From contig NW_004798738.1 of the NCBI RefSeq assembly GCF_000002075.1, positions 1 through 64,000 on the forward strand: DNA of 64,000 nucleotides. Reading direction: 5' to 3'. Positions within the stretch are counted from its first letter, which is position 1. Each line of letters begins with the position of its first letter. Positions 39,059-48,773 of this stretch are shown here, in pieces. The notes beneath the pieces were generated by a model that saw nothing but the letters and a program-made list of their open reading frames with translations, was not told where the DNA came from and searched no databases. Source of the DNA: Aplysia californica (Eukaryota). The position numbers and the translations under genes were made by a program.

Positions 39059-39370
39059 TTAGTCAACGTATCCGTGAAGGATCCAGACTTGGGTACCAGT
39101 GAGTGTATGCAGCCACTGACCGATCTCGGTGATGTGCAGCAGCATTCTTGCCTGGACTTCTGGGTCAAGACCCTCGTCGTCACGGATTATGACGTAGTGC
39201 TGTCGAAGTTCCTTGAGTAAAACCTGGACGCTGATCCTTTCGGTCTCGTCCGTCATCACCATCAGTTCCTCAGCAAGTCCGAGGTCTAGCGCTTCGAAGA
39301 CGAGGCGGCTGTAGTCGGGACTGCCGGAGGCGAAGGTGACGCGTATCTCAGTGACCATTTCGATAGACAT
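39059..39370 (-). CDS. Hypothetical protein, first gene of the leftward block
   Basis: AGGAG RBS; 103 aa. Confidence 0.55.
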   Translation of the reverse strand: MSIEMVTEIRVTFASGSPDYSRLVFEALDLGLAEELMVMTDETERISVQVLLKELRQHYVIIRDDEGLDPEVQARMLLHITEIGQWLHTLTGTQVWILHGYVD

Positions 39371-39531
39371 GTGAGTTCTCCTGATTGAGTTGTATGGTTT
39401 TGCTAATAACGCAGCGCAGCGGAGTTGAACCTCTGAAGAGATTCAATCCTTGTTGCTTTGTTAATTGCCCCTTTGCTATTAGCGAAACGCAGTGAAGCTG
39501 TCTTCCTCGCTCCACCAGAGAACTCAGCTTC

Positions 39532-39621
39532 AATGTAATTAGTTAGTTAGTTAATAGATTAGTTAGTTAAAGCGCTAGCGCTTTAACTAACTAATCTATT
39601 AACTAACTAACTAATTACATT
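39532..39621. repeat. 90-bp perfect palindrome
   Basis: 45-nt arms with no spacer; centre AGCGCT|AGCGCT. Confidence 0.95.
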
Positions 39622-39634
39622 CCAAACAAAAGAA

Positions 39635-39694
39635 GTTAATTAATTAGTAAGAGGAACCGAAGCGAGCTTCGGTTCCTCTTACTAATTAATTAAC
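39635..39694. repeat. 60-bp palindrome (29-nt arms, 2-nt loop)
   Basis: GTTAATTAATTAGTAAGAGGAACCGAAGC-GA-GCTTCGGTTCCTCTTACTAATTAATTAAC. Confidence 0.95.
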
Positions 39695-39864
39695 AACGCT
39701 TTGGGTCTTGTGTTTGCTTTCTCAACTGGGCGATCGCCATTTCGGAAGGTTGCAGCTTTTTTTTTAGTGGAAGGCTGAGCACTATAATATATATATATTT
39801 ACCCCCCATATTTCGCGAGCAATTTTTTCAGTTTTTCCCAGAGATTTATTCACTTCACCCCAGG

Positions 39865-40584
39865 CGACAGCCCCCGACACCCATCCCCCACGACAGCCTC
39901 CGACATGCCCTGTCGCCCCCTGTCGTTTCCTTCTATAGCTTGACATTGGCCCTCGACAGGCCCTATAGGTAAGGTTGTCGGTACTTGTCGAGGCTTGTCG
40001 TGGCTTATTACACTAAACAAGAAGCAGCTAAGATTTTAGGGGTGAGCACTCGCACGCTAGAGCGCTATGTTAAGAAAGGGCAGCTTGCGGTGCGCTATGA
40101 AGAGGGGGACACCGGAAGGGTTGCTTATTTTGACGAAGAAGATATTTATTCTTTAGTGGAACAAAAGAATATTCCTGAGGTAAAGTCCTCTACGGAAAAA
40201 ATGGGTGCGACAACCCCCGACACTAGTTTGTCGGACCTGTCGCACCCTAACGCTCAGTTGTTTTCTATTATAAAAATGCTGAGCCAGAATGCCGTTAATA
40301 TGCAGACAGAAAAAATACCAAGCAAGGGGAAAACTAGTTTGACTGCAGATCAGCTCCAGGGAAAATGCCTTTATACTCTCAAGGAGGTACAAGTGCTGAC
40401 GGGGTTAAGCCAGCAGATTTTACGCTTGGCAATTAAGGAGGGGCGGTTAAAAGCGAAGCGGATTGGCAAATCTTATCGAGTGAAACCTCAGGACATGGAG
40501 CGCTACATCGCTGACCTATACTAGGTGCGACAACCCTCGACAACCCTCGACAATAACCGTGTCGCACCTTGTCGCACCTAGTCG
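39865..40584. promoter_or_regulatory. Phased CGACA/TGTCG pentamer arrays (putative protein-binding sites)
   Basis: About 20 pentamers, mostly 10 bp apart, before, inside and after the HTH gene; another cluster at 35739-35785. Confidence 0.7.
39985..40524 (+). CDS. Double HTH_17 (excisionase/MerR-like) DNA-binding protein
   Basis: YTKQEAAKILGVSTRTLERYVKKG and YTLKEVQVLTGLS...GRLKAKRIGKSYRV. Confidence 0.8.
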   Translation: MSRLVVAYYTKQEAAKILGVSTRTLERYVKKGQLAVRYEEGDTGRVAYFDEEDIYSLVEQKNIPEVKSSTEKMGATTPDTSLSDLSHPNAQLFSIIKMLSQNAVNMQTEKIPSKGKTSLTADQLQGKCLYTLKEVQVLTGLSQQILRLAIKEGRLKAKRIGKSYRVKPQDMERYIADLY

Positions 40585-40979
40585 AGGGTATCAATTAGCC
40601 CAGGACAATGGGTACCTTAAATACGGGGGATATCAGTCTGCCCACACCATCTCAAGAAGAATAAGTCCTCTTCTTAGGGATAGCTCTCGTAGAGAATGTA
40701 ATGATTCAAGCCCCTGTTCAGGGTCAGCCAGATATTGGTTGGCAGAACGGGGTTTTTTATATATGATAAAGCTCAACAAAGGCTCCACCACTTAGAACCT
40801 GGCGGACATAATGCTTTGAACAGCTAATTGATCAACTAGCCTCTAGTTCTAAAGTTCCTAGGGGCTTTATTCTTTGGGAGTTTTGAATAGCTAAATAGCT
40901 TCAGTGCATCTCCTGACCATTGTGGTCAGTTGCCCTTAGGATTCGTTAGGCTACGCATAGCAGGAATTGCTAGTTTTTT

Positions 40980-41771
40980 ATGACTAATACAAATAGTTCA
41001 ACGGAAAGTTCTTCTACGCCAGAAGATAAAACTGTCTTGTTTACAAAGACAGAAGCGACGAAGTTGGCGAACTGTAAGTCGAGTTTCTCTAATTACTTTA
41101 TCAACAATGGTTCAATTCCAATTCGCACGGAAACGATTAATGGTTCACCCCATCATATTTTTACGGATCGGCAAGTTTTAATCTTAAGGCTGCTCAAAAA
41201 GATGAAGGACTTGGGTCTGCTTAGAGCCGAGCTAGTACAGATGGCTAAGGGATTAGCGCCTATTCGGCTAGGTCCTGGGCTGGACATCTATTGGGTCAGT
41301 GGCAATATCTTGGTTTCAGAGGTGAATAACTATCATGATGAATTCCATTCGACAATTGGACGGTTATTGACCCAGCATATCCGCAAGGATCGCTCTAGTT
41401 ATTTTGAGCAATGGCAGTGCTTTTTAGACAATACGACAACTTTGATTCAAGAGATTTATCAGAACGCTGAGACTAATGGTGTCTTTCAGTTTGGCACTAG
41501 AGCGAAAGAGTCTTGTCTCAACCCTGATATTGAGATTAAATTTTTGGGCTGGAAAGAGATTGTAGGCTCTCAGGAGTATGTTCCTAGCTATGACATTTTT
41601 GCGAGTAATATCGTTACCCAGTCTGTGATTAATCAGCGAAAGGGCACAGGGGAAAAGCTAACCCTTAAAGTACCGAAAAAGAATACTCCCAGACGATTTA
41701 AGTCTGCTCCTTATCCTGCTTCTGTTATGCCGAAGACAGCCACATCTGTATTGTCCGTGACATCATTGTGA
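40980..41771 (+). CDS. Hypothetical protein with MerR-like N-terminus
   Basis: FTKTEATKLA...FTDRQVLILRLLKKMKDLG. Confidence 0.5.
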   Translation: MTNTNSSTESSSTPEDKTVLFTKTEATKLANCKSSFSNYFINNGSIPIRTETINGSPHHIFTDRQVLILRLLKKMKDLGLLRAELVQMAKGLAPIRLGPGLDIYWVSGNILVSEVNNYHDEFHSTIGRLLTQHIRKDRSSYFEQWQCFLDNTTTLIQEIYQNAETNGVFQFGTRAKESCLNPDIEIKFLGWKEIVGSQEYVPSYDIFASNIVTQSVINQRKGTGEKLTLKVPKKNTPRRFKSAPYPASVMPKTATSVLSVTSL

Positions 41772-41834
41772 ATGATTTGGGTATATCTATTCTGATCGCC
41801 TATTTGAAGTTGGCAAATAACAAGGAGCATGTGA

Positions 41835-42155
41835 ATGGATATTTGGACATTGCTAGGTACACTTATTAAAGAATTGTTACCAATGGCTCCGCTTTGGGTA
41901 ACAGATGCCCTAGAGGTTGCTGCAATGGTGATTGGTGTTATTGCTGCCATCTGGGCTGCTAACAAACCTGTGATTGCTAGGTATTTGCCTAATTTCTTGA
42001 AAAGTGAGCGAGTCACGTTGGCAGAGCAGATTCTAGGTCATCTACAGACTGCCTCAGGCATCTTCGTTAAGCCAGAGATTGATTTAACGGATCCTGAAAC
42101 CTTGTCGGATCTGATTTTAGATTCCTCACCGATAAAAACCCTGACAGAGGCTTAA
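41835..42155 (+). CDS. Small membrane protein (holin-like)
   Basis: AAGGAG RBS; hydrophobic N-terminal half. Confidence 0.45.
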   Translation: MDIWTLLGTLIKELLPMAPLWVTDALEVAAMVIGVIAAIWAANKPVIARYLPNFLKSERVTLAEQILGHLQTASGIFVKPEIDLTDPETLSDLILDSSPIKTLTEA

Positions 42156-42444
42156 TGCTGACGCTGCTAATTTGCTTGTCAGATTTTATCCTTCTCAGCT
42201 AAAATAATTACAGCTGCCTTTTGACAGTGGGCAGCTAACCAGCTGGCATAGGCTTTCAACTCCTATGTCTTAGTAGACTGGAGGCTACAGTTTACTAGCT
42301 AGGGAAGACTATGATTACTATCTTCCGTAGAAGCGCTAGAACAAGGGGAAGGTGAGATTAGAGCCTCACCTTCCCCACCAAAATCTAAAGGCTTCCCTAC
42401 ACGGCCTTAACGCAACTCACCTTTCGGCATAGGAGCCAACTACA

Positions 42445-44796
42445 ATGGCTTCAGCGTTTGAAACTATTATGCCGATCCCTTATCGCTCCAGTCGCCGCAC
42501 CCAGAACCCCCGCATGGCTAAGCTGCGAGCACAGCGGCGCAAGCAAATCCCTCCAGGGTTGCCGGTTCAGCAGGAGCCTGCTCCACCTGCCACTCAGCCT
42601 ACTTCTCCTCCCAAGGGTACGCCTCGATCTGCGGGTGATCTATATGATGTTCCACCGGAGGTAGCTTCCAGTGCCCCTGCTAATGTTCCACCTGATATTC
42701 CACCTGATATTCCATCTGATATTCCACCTGAAGTCTTACGAGAAATAGCAGCTCGTCAAACCAGCCCATCTCGTCCAGCGAAGGCTGAGGGGACGCCACG
42801 AGTCGTTAAGATTATCAAGCGAGAGCCAGAAGCTCCACCCGCTCCTCCACCGCAATCGCTCCAGGATATTCCCGAAAATATCCCTCAAGATATTCCCCAA
42901 GATATTCCTCAGCAAGCTCCAACCCAGGCTCAGTCCGAAGCTCAACTTCCAGAGGGTTTGCCTGTACCCACTCGTCGAGCGGCACCCCCTACTCGTAAAG
43001 GCAAGACAGCTAAAGTTCAGCGAAGAACTGAATTACCTCCCGAGCTAAATCCTGAACAAGGGAAGGCACCTGTCGCTAAAGCTAATACTCCTGAACCCAG
43101 GCGAGTTGCGGGAGACCTTTACGAGCCAGAAGCAGCTTCACCTCAAAAGGTTTACCAAGACATACCTGATCCTTGGGAGACTCCACCTGGGGAAGGTGTG
43201 CCTACCCACCTAAAAACCCCACAGGCATCAATTCCAAGTTCAGATCAGCCCGTTACTCAATCTGAGGATATTGCTCCACAGCAGCCGACTCAGGTAACGA
43301 ACGTAGAGGCAGCTGAAGGAATAAGTGCACCACCCGCCACCCAAGCAAAGGTAATGGTGCAAGAGGCAATAGAGCAAAAAGCAATGGAGGCTGAGAATCC
43401 CTATCCTTACCCAGTATCTAAACATGTGTTAGATCAGGTTAATCAATCCACTGAAGCTGCTGCGGTTCCCGTCCATGGTTCAGCTGCTGATGTGCCCATG
43501 GCTCAGCCAAAAACTCAGCTAAGGACTAAGCCAAAGAATAAGCCAAGAACAGCTAAAGCTACATCTAGCCAGCACCGAGAGCCCACGCCAGCAGAAATAG
43601 AGGCAATGATTGATCCTGAAAATCCAGGTGCTGTCAACCTTGTGGAGCGAGGCGATCAGGGTTGGGTGACGGTTAACGATCAGCCAGTGGTTGAAGATCC
43701 AGCTTATGACCCGGCGAAGGCTAATTACTATGAGGCTGCTCCCAGCTATCGGCTAACGGAGACGATTAAGCATGCGGGAGAATCTGGCAAGCTTTTGGAC
43801 TCTCTCAAGCAAGGCTCCAAAGTAACACGTAAGTTTGACTTGCCTAATGGTCAAGTGGGGTTAGAGGTAGAGGTACGGGACCGAGAGGGTTTAAAGCAAA
43901 AGGTTTATGCCGATGTCACCCCTGAAGCGTTTGCCCAGATTGAGCGACTTTCTAGTGGGGGCATTGATCCAGCTGCCTTACAAGCGCCAGAAAAGCTCGG
44001 GTTTATTGATTCTTTCAAGGAGGGCTATAAATGGCAAGGCCAGCGGGTAAAACGCAAAAAGGGTGTCTTCAGTGATGTTAACAGCTCTCGCTATGCCAAC
44101 TCGGTCATTGCCGATGCCGCCACTCGTCGTCATCCCCCCCAAGCTTTTTATCAAAACGTCAATAAACTAGGGGCCAACCTGGGTCGTGTTGCGGGTGATG
44201 TTGCTGGATTTGGCACCCAGCACTATGCCTGGAATATTCACCCTTTAGACGTTACTAGCACCGTGGGATATAACACCGTTAAAGATGCGGGTGGGTCACC
44301 TGAGTTAGCACGAACAGCGGCCTGGGGCGCAGCTTCTCTTTTAGGGGCAGCGGCGGGCAACTGGAATCCATTCAATGTGGAGGAGGGCGGGCGACAGAAG
44401 GGCTTTAGGGCAGTTAGCCCTGACGAGCAGGATCCGCGTAAGAGCACAAATCCATTGATGGACTTGGCGTTTCACCGGGGCTTCTTAGGTCGAACGGGCT
44501 GGGTACTTCCCTGGGAGGAGTTTACGAAGGAGCGGCCTGATATTAGCTATGAACAGTATGATCAATATAATCAGTACTTGCGGGACCAGGGGTTTCTAGG
44601 TCTAGCCAAGGGAACTCTGAATGGGATTGATGGGCCAGAGGCACGGGTAATGGGATACCGGATCACTCCCATGGGTGCCGCAGCAGCGGGTGGGTTATTG
44701 CTCGGGGCACGTCAGTACGCGAAGCACCGGCACAATACGATGCAAAAGGCTCAGCGAGTCGCTCAGGCTCGTAAATTGATGAGTCCGATTCCTTGA
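42445..44796 (+). CDS. Large P/Q/A-rich protein, possibly internal virion protein
   Basis: 783 aa with PPDIP/QDIP repeats and a Gly-rich C-terminal domain. Confidence 0.55.
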   Translation: MASAFETIMPIPYRSSRRTQNPRMAKLRAQRRKQIPPGLPVQQEPAPPATQPTSPPKGTPRSAGDLYDVPPEVASSAPANVPPDIPPDIPSDIPPEVLREIAARQTSPSRPAKAEGTPRVVKIIKREPEAPPAPPPQSLQDIPENIPQDIPQDIPQQAPTQAQSEAQLPEGLPVPTRRAAPPTRKGKTAKVQRRTELPPELNPEQGKAPVAKANTPEPRRVAGDLYEPEAASPQKVYQDIPDPWETPPGEGVPTHLKTPQASIPSSDQPVTQSEDIAPQQPTQVTNVEAAEGISAPPATQAKVMVQEAIEQKAMEAENPYPYPVSKHVLDQVNQSTEAAAVPVHGSAADVPMAQPKTQLRTKPKNKPRTAKATSSQHREPTPAEIEAMIDPENPGAVNLVERGDQGWVTVNDQPVVEDPAYDPAKANYYEAAPSYRLTETIKHAGESGKLLDSLKQGSKVTRKFDLPNGQVGLEVEVRDREGLKQKVYADVTPEAFAQIERLSSGGIDPAALQAPEKLGFIDSFKEGYKWQGQRVKRKKGVFSDVNSSRYANSVIADAATRRHPPQAFYQNVNKLGANLGRVAGDVAGFGTQHYAWNIHPLDVTSTVGYNTVKDAGGSPELARTAAWGAASLLGAAAGNWNPFNVEEGGRQKGFRAVSPDEQDPRKSTNPLMDLAFHRGFLGRTGWVLPWEEFTKERPDISYEQYDQYNQYLRDQGFLGLAKGTLNGIDGPEARVMGYRITPMGAAAAGGLLLGARQYAKHRHNTMQKAQRVAQARKLMSPIP

Positions 44797-44809
44797 TGAG
44801 TCCTCAAAT

Positions 44810-45547
44810 TCATAGCTCCAAATCATAAAGGGCATCTACATCTTTACTTTGGACCCCCAGGTAATTCAGGGTCTCACCTTGACTTTGGTGGCCAAAGGCA
44901 GTCATCAGTACCGGGATGGGCACATCATTCTTGAATTGCCAATACCCCCAAGTTTTACGGAGGGTATGACTAGCGTAGTTTTCCTTTAAGCCAGCGGCTC
45001 TACACCACGACTTAACTCGGTTTGACAGATTAGCGACACTCAATGGTTTTCTCGGGTAGTAAAAACTGTTGAACAGGTAGTCATTTTCATACCAGTTTTT
45101 TTTAGAACATAGTAAGTACTGAAGAGCGTTATAGGCATTATCGTTAACGACAACCTGACGCCACTTCTTGGTTTTGGTCTGGTAGATCTTTAAATACTCC
45201 CCTCGTTTCAGGTGATAGACCTGATCCGCTGTAAGGCTGAGTAGCTCACAGGCCCTGAAGGCTGTGTTAATACCAAAGGTGAATAGACAAAACAGGCTCG
45301 GCTCTGGGTACAGCATTTCCTTGATCTCTTGAATCGCTGCCTTACTGCGAATCGGCTCTACCCTCGTGGGTATCCCTCTACGGAGCGTTGAGGCATGAAC
45401 TCTATTAGGGTTTGGATCTGATGGGGAAAGACCAGGCGGTTTAGGAAAGATAACCGTTGAGAATCTCCAGTCCTGACTTCGTTTTTGTTTTCGTTTTCGT
45501 TTTCGAGATGCTTTTTTAGTTGAGGTGCTTTTTGTTTTTGGTGCCAT
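44810..45547 (-). CDS. Tyrosine recombinase (catalytic domain only)
   Basis: TAFRACELL, KTKK, HTLRKT, FGHQS, YLG. Confidence 0.9.
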   Translation of the reverse strand: MAPKTKSTSTKKASRKRKRKQKRSQDWRFSTVIFPKPPGLSPSDPNPNRVHASTLRRGIPTRVEPIRSKAAIQEIKEMLYPEPSLFCLFTFGINTAFRACELLSLTADQVYHLKRGEYLKIYQTKTKKWRQVVVNDNAYNALQYLLCSKKNWYENDYLFNSFYYPRKPLSVANLSNRVKSWCRAAGLKENYASHTLRKTWGYWQFKNDVPIPVLMTAFGHQSQGETLNYLGVQSKDVDALYDLEL

Positions 45548-45914
45548 GAGCCTACGGTTTCAATCGCTGAGAACGCTGTTCAGGGGGGCATCAGCACCTT
45601 AAGTTCTGTATCATACTTAATATGCTCTGGCAATATAAAACCCCAGGTCCCCTAGTGGAAAGCCTTAGGCCACCTTGATCGGAGATCCCCCCCCGGTGAC
45701 CTAGGCCAGTCCTATCTTAAATCTTTTGTTTGCTTACGCAAAAAATAGTTAAAGGTCAAATCTTGCCTATAATTGGGCGAGTGTACGTCAAGACACGAAC
45801 CGATACCGCAGGAAGCAGTGTATTTACACTGCTTTTTTATTGCCGAGGCTGCTGTTTACCTAGTCAGTGGGTGTTATATTTTGGCCAGTCAATTACAACC
45901 GCTGACAAAGTCCA

Positions 45915-46289
45915 ATGAACAAACAGATTGGTCGAATTGCCCGGATTGCGGGCAAGTCTTTTATTAGTGCGTTCAAGAATCCCGGCGAGAAGAATTATGT
46001 TACCCGGCTTGCAAGTAAGGCAGCGGTCCCCCAGGCTCATAAGTTCGCAGGGCGCACCGCCCGATTTGCGGGTCAGTTGGTCCAAGGGGCGACGAACCCT
46101 CACGTGCTTTCATCCATGGCGATTGGCTACCTGCCAATGATGATGATGAATAATCAATATGCAGACATGGCTGAAACAGAATCCATTGATCCAGTGATGT
46201 CTAAGCAGCCGACTTATGGTCAGACTAATCAAATGGATGATATGGATGTCTATGCTCGAACGCTGCAAGATGTGGATCCTTGGAGGTGA
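45915..46289 (+). CDS. Hypothetical protein
   Basis: First of a tightly coupled plus-strand operon. Confidence 0.5.
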   Translation: MNKQIGRIARIAGKSFISAFKNPGEKNYVTRLASKAAVPQAHKFAGRTARFAGQLVQGATNPHVLSSMAIGYLPMMMMNNQYADMAETESIDPVMSKQPTYGQTNQMDDMDVYARTLQDVDPWR

Positions 46290-46750
46290 ACGTGGGCAGA
46301 ATGGCAAATATGGGCGCGGCCTTTAATATGGGCTATCGGCTCCAGCGCCCTTACAGTTCTGATTTTTCTTATAAAGCTGGAAAGCGCTATGGCGGTAACA
46401 GTGATATTGCTAAAGCCTATACAGCCGCTGCCGCAGATACTGGTTTGCAGCAGCGGCTCAATCAGGCTTCAGTGCAAGCGGGTCGAGTGGCGGGAGTAGG
46501 TCATAACTTTGTTGAGAACCGCCCAATCGTGGCTACAGGTATAGGGGCCGTTGGGGCTTATGGCTTGGGCTCTATGCTGTTTGGAAACAGTACGGACGCA
46601 GCGGATTCCCAGGTTAACCCAGGACCCCGCTCTTCGACAGTGGATGTTCAAATGCTAGATGGGAAACTAAAGCAGCGGACCCTACAGCGCCTTCAAGATC
46701 AGATTAGCCTTAACCAAATTTACATTGATGCTCTAGGTGGAGTTGGCTGA
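46280..46750 (+). CDS. G/A-rich hypothetical protein
   Basis: Coupled operon gene. Confidence 0.5.
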   Translation: MEVNVGRMANMGAAFNMGYRLQRPYSSDFSYKAGKRYGGNSDIAKAYTAAAADTGLQQRLNQASVQAGRVAGVGHNFVENRPIVATGIGAVGAYGLGSMLFGNSTDAADSQVNPGPRSSTVDVQMLDGKLKQRTLQRLQDQISLNQIYIDALGGVG

Positions 46751-48006
46751 TGTACGAATATGAAACCTATATGATGGATCCTTACACCCGTCAGCTCCAT
46801 GATCTGGGTGCACCTAAGGCTTCCATCCTACCAACGCCTCGTCAGTTGATCCGCGATCGCAACCTAGCGGATCCGATCCCTCAAGACCTCAACCGACCGG
46901 GATCGGCCAATATGATTACCGATAGCGATCCCACTCGCAGCCTGGTCTGGAGTCAATCGGGGCAAGCCAAGGATGCCAGCACCATTTTGGATTCAGCTCT
47001 AGACCCGACCCGCACAAGCCTTCAGATGGATAAAACCGTACTCGAACCGCCTCTGGTTGATACAGCTCCTTGGCGAAAAAACAGGTCTCGCCCTGGTGCG
47101 CTAGTGCGGCAGCAAAGTGCTGAGATGGTACCCCATGACTTAGGGGCTGCTCGATTAGAGCCCGATACAACCTACCGTCATGGCAGGCGAGGCAACCCGG
47201 AAACCATTTACCAGCAACCATCCAGGAAGCCAACGGCGAATGCTTTAGATATTCTAGAGCCCGTTGCCACTACTGGCATGTATATGGGAACGAGTGCAGC
47301 TGTTAACAAGGGCCAAAAAGTGCTGAAAGCCGCCCAGTCAACAAGTGCAGCAGCGGATGCTGCAAGTACGGTCAATAAAGCAACTAAGGCTGCAGATGCA
47401 GTCGTGAAAGCGGGTCCTAAGGCGAGGTACGATGCGTTCCTTAAGTCCCCTAAATTTCTTAAGGCTAATAAATTTGCCATGCGAGGGGCGGGTGCACTAG
47501 CAGCTTTATCCCTCGTTTCTGATGCAGTGGGTCAATCTAAGCAGACAGAGGCGATGGGCAAAGATGTGGGCGGTCAAGTAGCAGGTAACTTATTGGGTGC
47601 AGGCATTGGCGGTAAGCTGGGGCTTGTGGCAGGGGGACTAGCTGGAGCTGGTTTAACTGCAGTGACAGGTGGATTGGCTGCGCCATTAGCGCCATGGTTG
47701 GCGGGTGCAGGGGCTGCAATTGGTGCCGGTGTTGGCTCTCAGAAGGGAGGCGAGCTAGGCCGGGAAATAAATGTGATCCCTAACGACCCAACCAAGCAGC
47801 CAGCGTTACCGGGGATGATGAACCGGGATAATCCCATGTACCGAGAGATGAAGCGGCGTCAGCGTCAGCAGGTGGAGGACGGACTTTACTATAAAGGACT
47901 CGTACAGCAGCAAGACCGGTTGGGTAAACAAGCAGACGCTATGTTTTCTGCTTATATGAATCAAATGAACCAAGAGGGGGCGATGTTAGGTGGACTACTC
48001 CAGTAA
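46750..48006 (+). CDS. Glycine-zipper protein, putative ejection/internal virion protein
   Basis: GAGIGGKLGLVAGGLAGAG...GAAIGAGVG. Confidence 0.55.
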   Translation: MYEYETYMMDPYTRQLHDLGAPKASILPTPRQLIRDRNLADPIPQDLNRPGSANMITDSDPTRSLVWSQSGQAKDASTILDSALDPTRTSLQMDKTVLEPPLVDTAPWRKNRSRPGALVRQQSAEMVPHDLGAARLEPDTTYRHGRRGNPETIYQQPSRKPTANALDILEPVATTGMYMGTSAAVNKGQKVLKAAQSTSAAADAASTVNKATKAADAVVKAGPKARYDAFLKSPKFLKANKFAMRGAGALAALSLVSDAVGQSKQTEAMGKDVGGQVAGNLLGAGIGGKLGLVAGGLAGAGLTAVTGGLAAPLAPWLAGAGAAIGAGVGSQKGGELGREINVIPNDPTKQPALPGMMNRDNPMYREMKRRQRQQVEDGLYYKGLVQQQDRLGKQADAMFSAYMNQMNQEGAMLGGLLQ

Positions 48007-48763
48007 TCGCAATAATCCATTAGCAGCTCGCAAGCTAGCGGAAGATAGGAATCTTGAGATTCAATTGCGAGCGGCCTTTGCTGATATAGATGCGGCCTCT
48101 GGCTTTGGTGACCCCAATCAGGCGGTAAAGCAGAATGAAGCAGCTCGCAAGCATGCAGGTCTTGCTCACAAAATGGGCCTGAGTACCACGGAGCTTCCAG
48201 ATCTGTTTAACAAGCAGCACTCTATACTGCCAGGTCATAACCAAGTGGATGCAGCTGTGACTGCGGTTTTGACCAGTTATGACTCTAAGAAGCGAGACGC
48301 CAGCAGTGCAGCGGCTGCTCGCGTAAAGACTCAAGAGAATGCTGAACAGCTACGCAGCCAAGAGCTAAAGGGCCAGGAAGAACTCTATGACCTGACGGAG
48401 AAATATCATGATCGGACTCTGGCGAGGCGCACTAAAAGCTCTAAAGAACTATCTGCGTTTAAGCATGGCCAAGAGCTAGAGCTAGAGCGGCTTAAGGGCA
48501 GGATGGATTTGAGGAAAGAGCGGATTTCAGCTCGCGCTGATCGCTATGGCTCAGACGCCCAGAAGTATGTAGCTGACCAGACTGGTTATTCCCAACGCTA
48601 CGTAGCTGATCAGGATCTCAAAGGCAAGCTGGCTGAGTTTAAGCACAAGGCTTTAGACAATGCTCGTCAGCGTCGTCATGAAAAGTTTCAAGGTGTGCAA
48701 ACTCAATTAGACAACAGCAATACCACTAGACGCAATATGATTTCTAATATTTTGAAGAGATAG
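47990..48763 (+). CDS. Helical protein, putative internal virion protein
   Basis: KYVADQ/RYVADQ repeats resembling DNA-pilot-type repeats. Confidence 0.5.
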   Translation: MDYSSNRNNPLAARKLAEDRNLEIQLRAAFADIDAASGFGDPNQAVKQNEAARKHAGLAHKMGLSTTELPDLFNKQHSILPGHNQVDAAVTAVLTSYDSKKRDASSAAAARVKTQENAEQLRSQELKGQEELYDLTEKYHDRTLARRTKSSKELSAFKHGQELELERLKGRMDLRKERISARADRYGSDAQKYVADQTGYSQRYVADQDLKGKLAEFKHKALDNARQRRHEKFQGVQTQLDNSNTTRRNMISNILKR

Positions 48764-48773
48764 GGAGAACAAC

